Shown here piece after piece: positions 49,935-64,000 of a stretch of DNA of 64,000 nucleotides; position 1 is the stretch's first letter; each line of letters starts with the position of its first letter. A program made the position numbers and the translations under genes. The notes beneath the pieces were generated by a model. That model saw only the letters and a program-made list of their open reading frames with translations. It was not told where the DNA came from and did no database searches. The stretch is from Eledone cirrhosa (Eukaryota), in assembly GCA_964016885.1 (NCBI GenBank), contig OZ024743.1:364622001-364686000 (forward strand), read 5' to 3'.

Positions 49935-50974
49935 GGGGCCATATGTTCATTAAGCATATAGTTAGTATAACTGTGAAAATGATAAGAACATCTCATAAGA
50001 TGTATCTAAATGTCACCTTCTACAATAAAATTTGACGATGGAGATTTATTACACATTTTTCATCCATATAAATTATTTTGCTCTCTAAAACAATTTTTTG
50101 TTTCATTTAATATTATATTAAAATTGAGTTTCTGGGGATTGCTCGTAAAATGTAGTAGTCATATGTTCAGGGATTTTTGGAAAATTGTATAAGAGTTTCA
50201 TAACAAAATAATATTGGAACCACTCCACTGAAGTAAAACTCCGACGGTAACAACAACTCTGACTCTCCATTTCAAGAACCATCCGTAAGTTAACACCATA
50301 ACACATTATGAAAGTCGCTCTCTGTGTAGCTGGCACACACCGCATGTCGATTAAGTTCAAACGACAGGAAATAAATTAGACTAGTAAATAAAAAATGAGG
50401 GTTAAACCAAAAGAAATAATAAACAAACGTTCAAGATGAAATAATGTAATTATCAACCTGCCGCCTGCCTAGACAGGCATTCGTTTGGAGTAGGTAAAAA
50501 TGACTTCTGAAAATGTAACAATTCGGCTAAGTTTAGATAGCAGGAATGTTAAGTGGCAATCTTAGATAGTGAGAAGAGACGTAAGAAAGTCTGTAAGAGG
50601 GTTGAACCACGTCGTTAATATTATTAATATAAATACTGATAGCGCTAATTATGTTATACTGCATATTTTCTTATCACTGTTGATATACTCGCTCCTGGGG
50701 ACACAAATGTTTGTACAGTTCCATGTTTTATCTAAGAACCAAATGATGGGGAGTCTGATGAAGAAAAAAAAAAAAAAGAAATTGTACGATGTGGTAGTGA
50801 TTGTAAAGAGAATAAAAAGTAAAAGATATACAATAAAATGACACAAACGATTTGCACACATAATTCTAAGATAAAGATTAATTAGTAAATGTTGATATAA
50901 TATATAAATGTCAGTAGAGCTTGATTAATTTGGCATTGTTGGCTCTTCTAAGCTGTTAAAGTAGATTTGTGAAG

Positions 50975-51232
50975 GTAAGTAGGCTGTTTGGCTCATGACC
51001 GTAAACTCGGGAGTTTGATTCCCGATCAACGTTGTGTCATTGAGCAAGACACTTTATTTTATGTTGCTCCAGTCGACTCAGTTGGCAAAAATGAGTTGTA
51101 ATTCAATGAGTTAGCCTTGTAACTCACTGTGTCATGCTGAATATCTTTAAGTACTTCATCAAGAGTACACATAGCTGTGGGATACTCAGCCACAAATACA
51201 TTAATTTCACGAGCAGGTTGTTACGGAGGTCC

Positions 51233-51235
<3 letters not shown>
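50975..51235 (+). mobile_element. tRNA-derived SINE
   Basis: B-box-like GAGTTTGATTCC and a core shared with 24940-25078; followed by (CA)n. Confidence 0.6.
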
Positions 51236-51300
<65 letters not shown>

Positions 51301-52200
51301 AAGTAGATTTGGTTGAAAAAATCTAAGGGATCTAATTTCGTAAAACTTATTCCGTTCTGTCAAGAAACCTACTCGACCGAGTCAATTCAACTGATAGAAT
51401 GATAGAAGAGTCGCTGGTTTGTATTCTGCTAATTGTCAAATCATTTTGTTGTCAGTGGACCCGTATCGATCTAGCTGCCAGCCCCCCCCCCCACACAAAT
51501 ACCCCCCCCCCACAAATACCCCCCCCCCCAAAAAAAAAACAACAACAACAACAACAAAAACAACAACAACAAAAAAACACCAAATAAACAAAACAAAGCA
51601 TTGCGCTTTTTGTAGGTTCAATTCGCCACTGTAGGCAGTTGGGTATTCAGGGCCGGCGTGAGGGGATTTAGTTCCTTAGGTTAGCTCCACATTGTGTACC
51701 AGCTCCTCCCAAATAAAACGATTTCAACTTACAGTTTGGTAAGCTGACGAACTTTGTTTTTGACAATTCTTGCTCTGATCACACTAAAAAAATTACTATT
51801 TTCCTCGACACAGTCTACACCCATCCACAACACTACATGATCTTCTGTACCGTTTTGGATATTTCTAGAACATTTCTATGCGATAAAGATGTTTAGCGAT
51901 ATATTTATTCATCGCAGGAAGTTATTTGATATTCAATTTAATTATATACAATTGTATAAAACTGCGACATTTTAAGTTTCAGTAATGCGCATCTCTGAAG
52001 TTTGTGTCCTAGGCGGTTGTGTTGTTGGCTTTAATTGTTTAAAGGTGGCACCGCTTTTAGTAGTATTCTATAACTTAAAAGTGTTTTGTCAGCTTGCAAT
52101 GTTGAGTTCAAATCCTTCCATGGGTTTGAAATATACTACGGGAAACCACTCTTGTATATTCTCATGACATTAACAAGAAGAGCAGGAATTAAAAATTGTG

Positions 52201-55200
52201 GAAACACTGGCATGGATGTATATTATTGAGAAGAAACCAAGTATACAAGAAACACTGGCATGGGTGTATATTATTGAGGAGAAACCAAGTATACAAGAAA
52301 CACTGGCATGGGTGTATATTATTGAGGAGAAACCAAGTATACAAGAAACACTGGCATGGGTGTATATTATTGAGGAGAAACCAAGTATACAAGAAACACT
52401 GGCATGGGTGTATATTATTGAGGCGAAACCAAGAATACAAGAAACACTGGCATGGATGTATATTATTGAGAAGAAACCAAGTATACAAGAAACACTGGCA
52501 TGGGTGTATATTATTGAGGAGAAACGAAGTATACAAGAAACACTGGCATGGGTGTATATTATTGAGGAGAAACCAAGTATACAAGAAACACTGGCGTGGG
52601 TGTATATTATTGAGGAGAAACCAAGTATACAAGAAACACTGGCATGGGTGTATATTATTGAGGAGAAACCAAGTATACAAGAAACACTGGCATGGGTGTA
52701 TATTATTGAGGAGAAACCAAGAATACAAGAAACACTGGCATGGGTGTATATTATTGAGGAGAAACCAAGAATACAAGAAACACTGGCATGGGTGTATATT
52801 ATTGAGGAGAAACCAAGAATACAAGAAACACTGGCATGGGTGTATATTATTGAGGAGAAACCAAGAATACAAGAAACACTGGCATGGGTGTATATTATTG
52901 AGGAGAAACCAAGAATACAAGAAACACTGGCATGGGTGTATATTATTGAGGAGAAACCAAGTATACAAGAAACACTGGCATGGGTGTATATTACTGAGGA
53001 GAAACCAAGAAAAAAACCAAGAATACAAGAAACACTGGCATGGGTGTATATTATTGAGGAGAAACCAAGAATACAAGAAACACTGGCATGGGTGTATATT
53101 ATTGAGGAGAAACCAAGAATACAAGAAACACTGGCATGGGTGTATATTATTAAGGAGAAACCAAGAATACAAGAAACACTGGCATGGGTGTATATTATTG
53201 AGGAGAAACCAAGAATACAAGAAACACTGGCATGGGTGTATATTATTGAGGAGAAACCAAGAATACAAGAAACACTGGCATGGGTGTATATTACTGAGGA
53301 GAAACCAAGAAAAAACCAAGAATACAAGAAACACTGGCATGGGTGTATATTACTGAGGAGAAACCAAGAATACAAGAAACACTGGCATGGGTGTATATTA
53401 CTGAGGAGAAACCAAGAAAAAACCAAGAATACAAGAAACACTGGCATGGGTGTATATTACTGAGGAGAAACCAAGAATACAAGAAACACTGGCATGGGTG
53501 TATATTATTGAGGAGAAACCAAGAATACAAGAAACACTGGCATGGGTGTATATTACTGAGGAGAAACCAAGAAAAAACCAAGAATACAAGAAACACTGGC
53601 ATGGGTGTATATTACTGAGGAGAAACCAAGAATACAAGAAACACTGGCATGGGTGTATATTATTGAGGAGAAACCAAGAATACAAGAAACACTGGCATGG
53701 GTGTATATTACTGAGGAGAAACCAAGAAAAAACCAAGAATACAAGAAACACTGGCATGGGTGTATATTACTGAGGAGAAACCAAGAATACAAGAAAAACT
53801 GGCATGGGTGTATATTATTGAGGAGAAACCAAGAATACAAGAAACACTGGCATGGGTGTATATTATTGAGGAGAAACCAAGAATACAAGAAACACTGGCA
53901 TGGGTGTATATTACTGAGGAGAAACCAAGAAAAAACCAAGAATACAAGAAACACTGGCATGGGTGTATATTACTGAGGAGAAACCAAGAAAAAACCAAGA
54001 ATACAAGAAACACTGGCATGGGTGTATATTATTGGGGAGAAACCAAGAATACAAGAAACACTGGCATGGGTGTATATTACTGAGGAGAAACCAAGAATAC
54101 AAGAAACACTGGCATGGGTGTATATTATTGAGGAGAAACCAAGAATACAAGAAACACTGGCATGGGTGTATATTACTGAGGAGAAACCAAGAATACAAGA
54201 AACACTGGCATGGGTGTATATTACTGAGGAGAAACCAAGAATACAAGAAACACTGGCATGGGTGTATATTATTGAGGAGAAACCAAGAATACAAGAAACA
54301 CTGGCATGGGTGTATATTACTGAGGAGAAACCAAGTATACAAGAAACACTGGCATGGGTGTATATTATTGAGGAGAAACCAAGAATACAAGAAACACTGG
54401 CATGGGTGTATATTACTGAGGAGAAACCAAGAATACAAGAAACACTGGCATGGGTATATATTACTGAGGAGAAACCAAGAATACAAGAAACACTGGCATG
54501 AGTATATATTACTGAGGAGAAACCAAGTATACAAGAAACACTGGCATGGGTGTATATTACTGAGGAGAAACCAAGTATACAAGAAACACTGGCATGGGTG
54601 TATATTACTGAGGAGAAACCAAGAATACAAGAAACACTGGCATGGGTGTATATTATTGAGGAGAAACCAAGTATACAAGAAACACTGGCATGGGTGTATA
54701 TTATTGAGGAGAAACCAAGTATACAAGAAACACTGGCATGGGTGTATATTATTGAGGAGAAACCAAGTATACAAGAAACACTGGCATGGGTGTATATTAT
54801 TGAGGCGAAACCAAGAATACAAGAAACACTGGCATGGATGTATATTATTGAGAAGAAACCAAGTATACAAGAAACACTGGCATGGGTGTATATTATTGAG
54901 GAGAAACGAAGTATACAAGAAACACTGGCATGGGTGTATATTATTGAGGAGAAACCAAGTATACAAGAAACACTGGCGTGGGTGTATATTATTGAGGAGA
55001 AACCAAGTATACAAGAAACACTGGCATGGGTGTATATTATTGAGGAGAAACCAAGTATACAAGAAACACTGGCATGGGTGTATATTATTGAGGAGAAACC
55101 AAGAATACAAGAAACACTGGCATGGGTGTATATTATTGAGGAGAAACCAAGAATACAAGAAACACTGGCATGGGTGTATATTATTGAGGAGAAACCAAGA

Positions 55201-58200
55201 ATACAAGAAACACTGGCATGGGTGTATATTATTGAGGAGAAACCAAGAATACAAGAAACACTGGCATGGGTGTATATTATTGAGGAGAAACCAAGAATAC
55301 AAGAAACACTGGCATGGGTGTATATTATTGAGGAGAAACCAAGTATACAAGAAACACTGGCATGGGTGTATATTACTGAGGAGAAACCAAGAAAAAAACC
55401 AAGAATACAAGAAACACTGGCATGGGTGTATATTATTGAGGAGAAACCAAGAATACAAGAAACACTGGCATGGGTGTATATTATTGAGGAGAAACCAAGA
55501 ATACAAGAAACACTGGCATGGGTGTATATTATTAAGGAGAAACCAAGAATACAAGAAACACTGGCATGGGTGTATATTATTGAGGAGAAACCAAGAATAC
55601 AAGAAACACTGGCATGGGTGTATATTATTGAGGAGAAACCAAGAATACAAGAAACACTGGCATGGGTGTATATTACTGAGGAGAAACCAAGAAAAAACCA
55701 AGAATACAAGAAACACTGGCATGGGTGTATATTACTGAGGAGAAACCAAGAATACAAGAAACACTGGCATGGGTGTATATTACTGAGGAGAAACCAAGAA
55801 AAAACCAAGAATACAAGAAACACTGGCATGGGTGTATATTACTGAGGAGAAACCAAGAATACAAGAAACACTGGCATGGGTGTATATTATTGAGGAGAAA
55901 CCAAGAATACAAGAAACACTGGCATGGGTGTATATTACTGAGGAGAAACCAAGAAAAAACCAAGAATACAAGAAACACTGGCATGGGTGTATATTACTGA
56001 GGAGAAACCAAGAATACAAGAAACACTGGCATGGGTGTATATTATTGAGGAGAAACCAAGAATACAAGAAACACTGGCATGGGTGTATATTATTGAGGAG
56101 AAACCAAGAATACAAGAAACACTGGCATGGGTGTATATTACTGAGGAGAAACCAAGAAAAAACCAAGAATACAAGAAACACTGGCATGGGTGTATATTAT
56201 TGAGGAGAAACCAAGAATACAAGAAACACTGGCATGGGTGTATATTACTGAGGAGAAACCAAGAAAAAACCAAGAATACAAGAAACACTGGCATGGGTGT
56301 ATATTACTGAGGAGAAACCAAGAATACAAGAAAAACTGGCATGGGTGTATATTATTGAGGAGAAACCAAGAATACAAGAAACACTGGCATGGGTGTATAT
56401 TATTGAGGAGAAACCAAGAATACAAGAAACACTGGCATGGGTGTATATTACTGAGGAGAAACCAAGAAAAAACCAAGAATACAAGAAACACTGGCATGGG
56501 TGTATATTACTGAGGAGAAACCAAGAAAAAACCAAGAATACAAGAAACACTGGCATGGGTGTATATTATTGGGGAGAAACCAAGAATACAAGAAACACTG
56601 GCATGGGTGTATATTACTGAGGAGAAACCAAGAATACAAGAAACACTGGCATGGGTGTATATTACTGAGGAGAAACCAAGAATACAAGAAACACTGGCAT
56701 GGGTGTATATTATTGAGGAGAAACCAAGAATACAAGAAACACTGGCATGGGTGTATACTACTGAGGAGAAACCAAGTATACAAGAAACACTGGCATGGGT
56801 GTATATTATTGAGGAGAAACCAAGAATACAAGAAACACTGGCATGGGTGTATATTACTGAGGAGAAACCAAGAATACAAGAAACACTGGCATGGGTATAT
56901 ATTACTGAGGAGAAACCAAGAATACAAGAAACACTGGCATGAGTATATATTACTGAGGAGAAACCAAGTATACAAGAAACACTGGCATGGGTGTATATTA
57001 CTGAGGAGAAACCAAGTATACAAGAAACACTGGCATGGGTGTATATTACTGAGGAGAAACCAAGAATACAAGAAACACTGGCATGGGTATATATTACTGA
57101 GGAGAAACCAAGTATACAAGAAACACTGGCATGGGTGTATATTACTGAGGAGAAACCAAGAATACAAGAAACACTGGCATGGGTGTATATTACTGAGGAG
57201 AAACCAAGAATACAAGAAACACTGGCATGGGTGTATATTACTGAGGAGAAACCAAGTATACAAGAAACACTGGCATGGGTGTATATTACTGAGGAGAAAC
57301 CAAGAATACAAGAAACACTGGCATGGGTGTATATTATTGAGGAGAAACCAAGAATACAAGAAACACTGGCATGGGTGTATATTATTGAGGAGAAACCAAG
57401 AATACAAGAAACACTGGCATGGGTGTATATTACTGAGGAGAAACCAAGAAAAAACCAAGAATACAAGAAACACTGGCATGGGTGTATATTACTGAGGAGA
57501 AACCAAGAATACAAGAAACACTGGCATGGGTGTATATTACTGAGGAGAAACCAAGAAAAAACCAAGAATACAAGAAACACTGGCATGGGTGTATATTACT
57601 GAGGAGAAACCAAGAATACAAGAAACACTGGCATGGGTGTATATTATTGAGGAGAAACCAAGAATACAAGAAACACTGGCATGGGTGTATATTACTGAGG
57701 AGAAACCAAGAAAAAACCAAGAATACAAGAAACACTGGCATGGGTGTATATTACTGAGGAGAAACCAAGAATACAAGAAACACTGGCATGGGTGTATATT
57801 ATTGAGGAGAAACCAAGAATACAAGAAACACTGGCATGGGTGTATATTATTGAGGAGAAACCAAGAATACAAGAAACACTGGCATGGGTGTATATTACTG
57901 AGGAGAAACCAAGAAAAAACCAAGAATACAAGAAACACTGGCATGGGTGTATATTATTGAGGAGAAACCAAGAATACAAGAAACACTGGCATGGGTGTAT
58001 ATTACTGAGGAGAAACCAAGAAAAAACCAAGAATACAAGAAACACTGGCATGGGTGTATATTACTGAGGAGAAACCAAGAATACAAGAAAAACTGGCATG
58101 GGTGTATATTATTGAGGAGAAACCAAGAATACAAGAAACACTGGCATGGGTGTATATTATTGAGGAGAAACCAAGAATACAAGAAACACTGGCATGGGTG

Positions 58201-61200
58201 TATATTACTGAGGAGAAACCAAGAAAAAACCAAGAATACAAGAAACACTGGCATGGGTGTATATTACTGAGGAGAAACCAAGAAAAAACCAAGAATACAA
58301 GAAACACTGGCATGGGTGTATATTATTGGGGAGAAACCAAGAATACAAGAAACACTGGCATGGGTGTATATTACTGAGGAGAAACCAAGAATACAAGAAA
58401 CACTGGCATGGGTGTATATTACTGAGGAGAAACCAAGAATACAAGAAACACTGGCATGGGTGTATATTATTGAGGAGAAACCAAGAATACAAGAAACACT
58501 GGCATGGGTGTATATTACTGAGGAGAAACCAAGTATACAAGAAACACTGGCATGGGTGTATATTATTGAGGAGAAACCAAGAATACAAGAAACACTGGCA
58601 TGGGTGTATATTACTGAGGAGAAACCAAGAATACAAGAAACACTGGCATGGGTATATATTACTGAGGAGAAACCAAGAATACAAGAAACACTGGCATGAG
58701 TATATATTACTGAGGAGAAACCAAGTATACAAGAAACACTGGCATGGGTGTATATTACTGAGGAGAAACCAAGTATACAAGAAACACTGGCATGGGTGTA
58801 TATTACTGAGGAGAAACCAAGAATACAAGAAACACTGGCATGGGTATATATTACTGAGGAGAAACCAAGTATACAAGAAACACTGGCATGGGTGTATATT
58901 ACTGAGGAGAAACCAAGAATACAAGAAACACTGGCATGGGTGTATATTACTGAGGAGAAACCAAGAATACAAGAAACACTGGCATGGGTGTATATTACTG
59001 AGGAGAAACCAAGTATACAAGAAACACTGGCATGGGTGTATATTACTGAGGAGAAACCAAGAATACAAGAAACACTGGCATGGGTGTATATTATTGAGGA
59101 GAAACCAAGAATACAAGAAACACTGGCATGGGTGTATATTATTGAGGAGAAACCAAGTATACAAGAAACACTGGCATGGGTGTATATTACTGAGGAGAAA
59201 CCAAGAATACAAGAAACACTGGCATGGGTGTATATTATTGAGGAGAAACCAAGAATACAAGAAACACTGGCATGGGTATATATTACTGAGGAGAAACCAA
59301 GAATACAAGAAACACTGGCATGGGTGTATATTAATGAGGAGAAACCAAGAATACAAGAAACACTGGCATGGGTGTATATTACTGAGGAGAAACCAAGAAT
59401 ACAAGAAACACTGGCATGGGTGTATATTATTGAGGAGAAACCAAGAATACAAGAAACACTGGCATGGGTGTATATTACTGAGGAGAAACCAAGAATACAA
59501 GAAACACTGGCATGGGTGTATATTACTGAGGAGAAACCAAGAATACAAGAAACACTGGCATGGGTGTATATTATTGAGGAGAAACCAAGAATACAAGAAA
59601 CACTGGCATGGGTGTATATTATTGAGGAGAAACCAAGTATACAAGAAACACTGGCATGGGTGTATATTACTGAGGAGAAACCAAGAATACAAGAAACACT
59701 GGCATGGGTGTATATTATTGAGGAGAAACCAAGAATACAAGAAACACTGGCATGGGTGTATATTACTGAGGAGAAACCAAGAATACAAGAAACACTGGCA
59801 TGGGTGTATATTATTGAGGAGAAACCAAGAATACAAGAAACACTGGCATGGGTGTATATTACTGAGGAGAAACCAAGAATACAAGAAACACTGGCATGGG
59901 TGTATATTACTGAGGAGAAACCAAGAATACAAGAAACACTGGCATGGGTGTATATTATTGAGGAGAAACCAAGAATACAAGAAACACTGGCATGGGTGTA
60001 TATTATTGAGGAGAAACCAAGTATACAAGAAACACTGGCATGGGTGTATATTACTGAGGAGAAACCAAGAATACAAGAAACACTGGCATGGGTGTATATT
60101 ATTGAGGAGAAACCAAGAATACAAGAAACACTGGCATGGGTATATATTACTGAGGAGAAACCAAGAATACAAGAAACACTGGCATGGGTGTATATTATTG
60201 AGGAGAAACCAAGAATACAAGAAACACTGGCATGGGTGTATATTACTGAGGAGAAACCAAGAATACAAGAAACACTGGCATGGGTGTATATTACTGAGGA
60301 GAAACCAAGAATACAAGAAACACTGGCATGGGTGTATATTACTGAGGAGAAACCAAGAATACAAGAAACACTGGCATGGGTGTATATTACTGAGGAGAAA
60401 CCAAGAATACAAGAAACACTGGCATGGGTGTATATTACTGAGGAGAAACCAAGAATACAAGAAACACTGGCATGGGTGTATATTATTGAGGAGAAACCAA
60501 GAATACAAGAAACACTGGCATGGGTGTATATTATTGAGGAGAAACCAAGTATACAAGAAACACTGGCATGGGTGTATATTACTGAGGAGAAACCAAGAAT
60601 ACAAGAAACACTGGCATGGGTGTATATTATTGAGGAGAAACCAAGAATACAAGAAACACTGGCATGGGTATATATTACTGAGGAGAAACCAAGAATACAA
60701 GAAACACTGGCATGGGTGTATATTATTGAGGAGAAACCAAGAATACAAGAAACACTGGCATGGGTGTATATTACTGAGGAGAAACCAAGAATACAAGAAA
60801 CACTGGCATGGGTGTATATTACTGAGGAGAAACCAAGTATACAAGAAACACTGGCATGGGTGTATATTATTGAGGAGAAACCAAGTATACAAGAAACACT
60901 GGCATGGGTGTATATTACTGAGGAGAAACCAAGAATACAAGAAACACTGGCATGGGTGTATATTATTGAGGAGAAACCAAGAATACAAGAAACACTGGCA
61001 TGGGTATATATTACTGAGGAGAAACCAAGAATACAAGAAACACTGGCATGGGTGTATATTATTGAGGAGAAACCAAGAATACAAGAAACACTGGAATGGG
61101 TGTATATTACTGAGGAGAAACCAAGAATACAAGAAACACTGGCATGGGTGTATATTACTGAGGAGAAACCAAGAATACAAGAAACACTGGCATGGGTGTA

Positions 61201-63937
61201 TATTACTGAAGAGAAACCAAGAATACAAGAAACACTGGCATGGGTGTATATTACTGAGGAGAAACCAAGAATACAAGAAACACTGGCATGGGTGTATATT
61301 ACTGAGGAGAAACCAAGAATACAAGAAACACTGGCATGGGTGTATATTATTGAGGAGAAACCAAGAATACAAGAAACACTGGCATGGGTGTATATTACTG
61401 AGGAGAAACCAAGAATACAAGAAACACTGGCATGGGTGTATATTATTGAGGAGAAACCAAGTATACAAGAAACACTGGCATGGGTGTATATTACTGAGGA
61501 GAAACCAAGAATACAAGAAACACTGGCATGGGTGTATATTATTGAGGAGAAACCAAGAATACAAGAAACACTGGCATGGGTATATATTACTGAGGAGAAA
61601 CCAAGAATACAAGAAACACTGGCATGGGTGTATATTATTGAGGAGAAACCAAGAATACAAGAAACACTGGCATGGTTGTATATTACTGAGGAGAAACCAA
61701 GAATACAAGAAACACTGGCATGGGTGTATATTACTGAGGAGAAACCAAGAATACAAGAAACACTGGCATGGGTGTATATTACTGAGGAGAAACCAAGAAT
61801 ACAAGAAACACTGGCATGGGTGTATATTACTGAGGAGAAACCAAGAATACAAGAAACACTGGCATGGGTGTATATTACTGAGGAGAAACCAAGAATACAA
61901 GAAACACTGGCATGGGTGTATATTACTGAGGAGAAACCAAGAATACAAGAAACACTGGCATGGGTATATATTATTGAGGAGAAACCAAGAATACAAGAAA
62001 CACTGGCATGGGTGTATATTACTGAGGAGAAACCAAGAATACAAGAAACACTGGCATGGGTGTATATTACTGAGGAGAAACCAAGAATACAAGAAACACT
62101 GGCATGGGTGTATATTACTGAGGAGAAACCAAGAATACAAGAAACACTGGCATGGGTGTATATTACTGAGGAGAAACCAAGAATACAAGAAACACTGGCA
62201 TGGGTGTATATTACTGAGGAGAAACCAAGAATACAAGAAACACTGGCATGGGTGTATATTACTGAGGAGAAACCAAGAATACAAGAAACACTGGCATGGG
62301 TGTATATTACTGAGGAGAAACCAAGAATACAAGAAACACTGGCATGGGTGTATATTACTGAGGAGAAACCAAGAATACAAGAAACACTGGCATGGGTGTA
62401 TATTACTGAGGAGAAACCAAGAATACAAGAAACACTGGCATGGGTGTATATTACTGAGGAGAAACCAAGAATACAAGAAACACTGGCATGGGTGTATATT
62501 ACTGAGGAGAAACCAAGAATACAAGAAACACTGGCATGGGTGTATATTACTGAGGAGAAACCAAGAATACAAGAAACACTGGCATGGGTGTATATTACTG
62601 AGGAGAAACCAAGAATACAAGAAACACTGGCATGGGTGTATATTACTGAGGAGAAACCAAGAATACAAGAAACACTGGCATGGGTGTATATTACTGAGGA
62701 GAAACCAAGAATACAAGAAACACTGGCATGGGTGTATATTACTGAGGAGAAACCAAGAATACAAGAAACACTGGCATGGGTGTATATTACTGAGGAGAAA
62801 CCAAGAATACAAGAAACACTGGCATGGGTGTATATTATTGAGGAGAAACCAAGTATACAAGAAACACTGGCATGGGTGTATATTACTGAGGAGAAACCAA
62901 GAATACAAGAAACACTGGCATGGGTGTATATTACTGAGGAGAAACCAAGAATACAAGAAACACTGGCATGGGTGTATATTACTGAGGAGAAACCAAGAAT
63001 ACAAGAAACACTGGCATGGGTGTATATTACTGAGGAGAAACCAAGAATACAAGAAACACTGGCATGGGTGTATATTACTGAGGAGAAACCAAGAATACAA
63101 GAAACACTGGCATGGGTGTATATTACTGAGGAGAAACCAAGAATACAAGAAACACTGGCATGGGTGTATATTACTGAGGAGAAACCAAGAATACAAGAAA
63201 CACTGGCATGGGTGTATATTACTGAGGAGAAACCAAGAATACAAGAAACACTGGCATGGGTGTATATTACTGAGGAGAAACCAAGAATACAAGAAACACT
63301 GGCATGGGTGTATATTACTGAGGAGAAACCAAGAATACAAGAAACACTGGCATGGGTGTATATTACTGAGGAGAAACCAAGAATACAAGAAACACTGGCA
63401 TGGGTGTATATTACTGAGGAGAAACCAAGAATACAAGAAACACTGGCATGGGTGTATATTACTGAGGAGAAACCAAGAATACAAGAAACACTGGCATGGG
63501 TGTATATTACTGAGGAGAAACCAAGAATACAAGAAACACTGGCATGGGTGTATATTACTGAGGAGAAACCAAGAATACAAGAAACACTGGCATGGGTGTA
63601 TATTATTGAGGAGAAACCAAGTATACAAGAAACACTGGCATGGGTGTATGTTACTGAGGAGAAACCAAGAATACAAGAAACACTGGCATGGGTGTATATT
63701 ACTGAGGAGAAACCAAGAATACAAGAAACACTGGCATGGGTGTATATTACTGAGGAGAAACCAAGAATACAAGAAACACTGGCATGGGTGTATATTACTG
63801 AGGAGAAACCAAGAATACAAGAAACACTGGCATGGGTGTATATTACTGAGGAGAAACCAAGAATACAAGAAACACTGGCATGGGTGTATATTACTGAGGA
63901 GAAACCAAGAATACAAGAAACACTGGCATGGGTGTAC
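52201..63937. repeat. 48-bp tandem satellite, ~240 units, with higher-order repeats
   Basis: Unit GAAACACTGGCATGGGTGTATATTAYTGAGGAGAAACCAAGWATACAA; occasional 59/60-bp units with an extra AAAAAACCAAG; sharp ends. Confidence 0.98.
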
Positions 63938-64000
63938 AATAATTATGATTTAGGTACAAGCACAGCAATTTTGGGAGCGGAGAAAGTCGATTGAATCGAC

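Noticed and set aside
52201-63937. CRISPR array
   Set aside because: Head-to-tail repeats with no unique spacers, eukaryotic context, no cas genes.
52170-63994. Giant ORFs (up to 1903 aa) as real genes
   Set aside because: They arise from a 48-bp unit open in four frames on both strands, with frameshifting variant units and scattered stops; no domain or splice evidence.

Overview
AT-rich, repeat-dense animal genomic DNA; the repeat content resembles a coleoid cephalopod such as Octopus (inference). The only host gene I can support is a complete, spliced ribosomal protein gene, RPS15A/uS8 (+ strand, coding exons 3580-3712, 5060-5139, 7641-7726, 21187-21280, 130 aa). Its introns carry six copies of a ~132-nt box H/ACA snoRNA-like sequence whose 5' pocket fits the 18S rRNA site equivalent to human Psi1692. 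The copies appear to have been amplified in a ~1.23-kb unit that piggyBac, Tc1/mariner MITE and RTE insertions later interrupted. The rest of the window is transposon-derived. It includes nested TTAA piggyBac derivatives, a near-full-length RTE LINE whose catalytic YADD motif is deleted, a CR1-type LINE, an apparently intact Penelope-like element with pseudo-LTRs, Helitron-like elements, a CRE-like endonuclease tail and SINEs. There are five hammerhead-ribozyme-like motifs and an ~11.7-kb 48-bp satellite with higher-order structure. All calls were made by eye; no database searches or folding computations were run.
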